Below, piece by piece: positions 61,075 through 64,000 of a stretch of 64,000 nucleotides of DNA. Numbering within the stretch: the first letter of the stretch is position 1; every line of letters begins with the position of its first letter. The notes beneath the pieces were generated by a model. That model was not told where the DNA came from. It was given only the letters and a program-made list of their open reading frames with translations, and searched no databases. Source of the DNA: an uncultured Thermoleophilia bacterium (GTDB lineage Bacteria > Actinomycetota > Thermoleophilia > UBA2241); assembly GCA_963709845.1 (NCBI GenBank), contig CAVPXV010000005.1, positions 439,032 to 503,031 of the forward strand, read 5' to 3'. The position numbers and the translations under genes are program-made.

Positions 61075-62528
61075 GTGCGCCACGGCTGCTGCCGTCGCGC
61101 AGCCGGGCTGCTGCGCGCGCATTCGCTGCGACGTGGCCTCAGCGTCCTCGCCCTCATGGCGACTGACGTCGGGGCGTTCGCTCTGTCGTACGCACTCGTA
61201 TCGCTGGCATCGGGACTCGCGCGACTCGCGGCGTGGCACGGCGTGTCTCGTCGCGGGTTCTTCACCGCCGAGCGTGGCCATCGTGGTGCACATGCGCTGC
61301 TGAAGGGGCTCTACGGTCGCCTCCACGCTCGCCACTCCGCCAGAACGGATCCTCTCTGCGTGGGGCATCGCCGCGTTGGTGACGACGCTGGTGCTCGTCG
61401 TCATCGATGGTGACAGCATCGGGCTCCGGCTTCTCGTCGTGTGGTGTCTCGCCACGGCGATTTCGCTGGCGGCAGGTGGGCCTACGACACGTGCGTGTGG
61501 CTCGCTACGGGCAGGAGGCAGAGCACCCGCCCTGCCCTGCTCCTCGGCAGCCTGGACTCGTGCCAGCGGGCCCTGCCCGTGCTTCCGGCGCTTCCGCCCG
61601 AGAGTCCGGGTCTCGGTCGTCGGCTTCGTCGTGCCGTCGAGAAGAGAGTGGCTCGACCGTGGCACACGGAGGGCCACCCCCGTCGTCGGCACTCTCGACC
61701 AGCTGGCAGGGTCGGCGAGGAGTACGGGAGCGACGAGGTCGTCATAGCGGATCGCGACTCGGTCAACGGGCAGCTGAGCGGCGTCATGGACGCGTGCCGC
61801 ACCCACGGCGTCGGCGCTCAAAATGATGGCGACGGGCTCTCAATCTGAATGGCGACCGCGTGACCTACGTGCCGGGATTCGACTGCCCGATCTTCGTCGA
61901 TGCAGACGAAGCCAGGCCGGGCACGCGAGCTTCCTCGCCAAGCAGGTCCTGGATCGAGTACTCGCTGCGCGTCCTTGCTCCTCCTCCTGAGTCCACTGCT
62001 GGCGGGGCTTGCCCTGGCGATCAAGCTGACGTCAGCAGGGCCTGTGTTCTTCGTCGATGAGCGGGTGGGCATCGGGCAGCAGCCGTTTCGCCTGTACAAG
62101 TTCCGCACGATGGTCGCAGACGCCCGAGAGACGCAAGCCGCTCTCGAGTCCGAGAACGAGGCAGGCGAACGTGCTGTTCAAGATCCAGGAGGACCCCAGG
62201 GTGACGCCGCTGGGTCGCGTCCTGCGGCGGTTCAGCCTCGACGAGCTGCCGCAGCTCGTCGAACGTTCTCAAGGGCGACATGAGCCTCGTGGGTCCCCGC
62301 CCGCTGCCGCTGCGCGATTGCGCGCTGATGGAGGACTGGCAGCGACAGCGGCACGTCGTCCTCCCGGGCATCACCGGGCTGTGGCAGGTGAGCGGCCGCA
62401 GCTGTCTCGACTTCGACGATATGATGGACCTCGATCTGCGCTACATCGAGACGTGGTCGCTGACCAGCGACCTGCACATACTCTGGAGGACTGCCGACGC
62501 AGTCGTCCGTTCGCGTGGCGCCTGCTGA
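61075..62528 (+). pseudogene. Polyprenyl-phosphate glycosyl-1-phosphate transferase (WbaP-like sugar transferase), about 4 frame changes
   Basis: Bac_transf motifs LLLLLSPLLAGLALAIKLTSAGPVFFVDERVGIGQQPFRLYKFRTM, VLFKIQEDPRVTPLGRVLRRFSLDELPQL and MSLVGPRPL...PGITGLWQVSGRS in successive frames. Confidence 0.7.
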
Positions 62529-62563
62529 ATTCCCGCCGGTCGCTCTGTCGAAAGGGATCGCCA

Positions 62564-63501
62564 ATGCCCACATCTGTCGTGACCGGCGGCGCCGGATTCC
62601 TCGGGTCACACCTTTGCGAGTACCTGCTGAAGAAGGGCTCACCGAGTCATCTGCCTGGACAATCTCGATACTGGCACCCTCGAGAACATCGAGCACATGC
62701 GCGACGACGGCTTCGAGTTTCGTGCCGTGGACGTCAGCGAGCTATATCGCCATCGACGAGCCCGTGGACTTCGTCTTTCATCTCGCGAGCCCCGCGAGCC
62801 CGATCGACTACCTGCGACTGCCTCTTCACACGCTGAAGGTGGGCTCCTACGGTACACACAACGCGCTCGGTCTCGCCAAGTTCAAACGCGCGCGGTTTCT
62901 GCTTGCCTCAACTTCCGAGGTCTACGGCGACCCGCTGGAGCACCCCCAGAAGGAGACCTACTGGGGCAACGTGAATCCCATCGGTCCCCGAGGCGTCTAC
63001 GACGAGGCGAAGAGGTATGGTGAGGCGCTGACGATGGCCTACCATCGCCAGCAAGGTGTGGACACGTGCATCGCACGAATCTTCAACACCTACGGACCTC
63101 GCATGCGGGCAAACGACGGTCGGGCAGTGCCGACATTCATTACGCAGGCTCTCAATCATCAGCCTCTCACGGTGTTTGGCAACGGCTCTCAGACACGGTC
63201 ATTCTGCTACGTCGACGACCTCGTCGAAGGCCTCTTCCGGCTCGCGAGCCATGACGTCCACGAGCCCGTCAACCTAGGCAATCCCGACGAGTACACGCTG
63301 ACGGAACTGGCCGAAATCGTGCTCCGAGCTACCGGAAGCTCCAGCCGAGTCGTCTACGAGGCTTTGCCGACGGATGACCCCAAGGTGCGACGCCCGGACA
63401 TCACTCGCGCCACCAAGCTGCTCGGCTGGGCTCCGGGTGTGCCGCTAACTGAGGGGATGACCCACACCGTCGAGTTCGAGCGGCAACGCCGAACTGGCTA
63501 G
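62564..63501 (+). pseudogene. UDP-glucuronate decarboxylase / NAD-dependent epimerase (UXS-like), 2-3 frame changes
   Basis: [25 protein letters not shown] (Rossmann), then [18 protein letters not shown]-type segment and the intact 3' two thirds ([11 protein letters not shown]...). Confidence 0.75.
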
Positions 63502-63633
63502 CTGAATGTCGCCCTCCCGTAATCGCCCCTCGGGCCAGACAGTATCTTCGCCCGGCCCCGCGGAGCGTCCACTCGCTCTTGCGTGCGATTGGCCGAAGCC
63601 AGTCACCTCACGCGATGGAGAAGCCTGGTCTCA

Positions 63634-64000
63634 TCACGCAGTAAGTGCCTCTTCAAGCGCCTTCTCGAATGCCGCCAAGACCGCCCCGCGAGAAAGGTGC
63701 TTCTGCGCGTAGGCGAGAGCGTTTGCGCCAAAGCGGGTCCTGAGATCCTTGTCGTCTGCCAGCGTGAGAATGGCTCGCACCAGGGCCTCCGAATCGTCCG
63801 GCGGAACAACTATGCCACGGTCCTGAACCACGAGAGCGAGCTCGGTGTTCTCGGCGCAGGTCGCCACCACCGGGGCACCACTGGCCAGCATTCCGGTGAG
63901 TTTGGAGGGCATGACGAGATCGGCCGCGCCAGCCTGCTGAGGCAAGAGGTGAATGTCCGCCATATTCAGGAGTTCCGCGAGACGCTCCACCGGTTGGAGA
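63634..64000 (-). CDS. Glycosyltransferase family 1 (GT4-like), C-terminal part; N-terminus beyond window end
   Basis: ADIHLLPQ...PSKLTGMLASGAPVVAT, the C-terminal GT1 nucleotide-sugar binding pattern. Confidence 0.55.
   Translation of the reverse strand, partial: LQPVERLAELLNMADIHLLPQQAGAADLVMPSKLTGMLASGAPVVATCAENTELALVVQDRGIVVPPDDSEALVRAILTLADDKDLRTRFGANALAYAQKHLSRGAVLAAFEKALEEALTA

Overview
This is a high-GC (about 70%) bacterial chromosomal segment of actinobacterial type; the taxon is a guess. The first ~28 kb is a syntenic housekeeping block on the + strand: ftsK(3' part)-rodZ-like-yajQ-rimO-pgsA-cinA-thpR-recA-recX-rny-miaB-[AmmeMemo B/A]-miaA-dapF-dapL-like-hflX-dut-NUDIX. On the - strand follow apt, a MerR/FHA/coiled-coil trio, a DUF4388-mglB-mglA polarity module, vanW, a nucleotidyltransferase::PMM-like fusion and a CDP-alcohol phosphatidyltransferase. 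A tRNA-Pro(GGG) at 28.45 kb marks a switch to accessory content. Downstream is a low-GC junction, then a Ku+LigD NHEJ segment bracketed by ~60-nt direct repeats, a hairpin/repeat-rich 1.1-kb non-coding patch with an excisionase-like ORF, and a frameshift-riddled proS. Most striking is a radical-SAM/SPASM RiPP-type cluster at 48.9-56.9 kb (NTP_transf_5-like gene, 2x rSAM-SPASM, 2x PqqD-like, HPr-kinase-like, S26 peptidase, ABC exporter). It contains a 62-aa Cys/Thr/Gly-repeat precursor-like ORF with atypical AT-rich codons. GDP-fucose and polysaccharide genes (gmd, fcl, GH5, Wzz-BY-kinase, sugar transferase, UXS, GT1) flank it. From about 41.5 kb onward many genes carry one to five single-nucleotide frameshifts, so they are either pseudogenes or local sequence errors. 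No CRISPR array, rRNA, integrase or transposase was seen.
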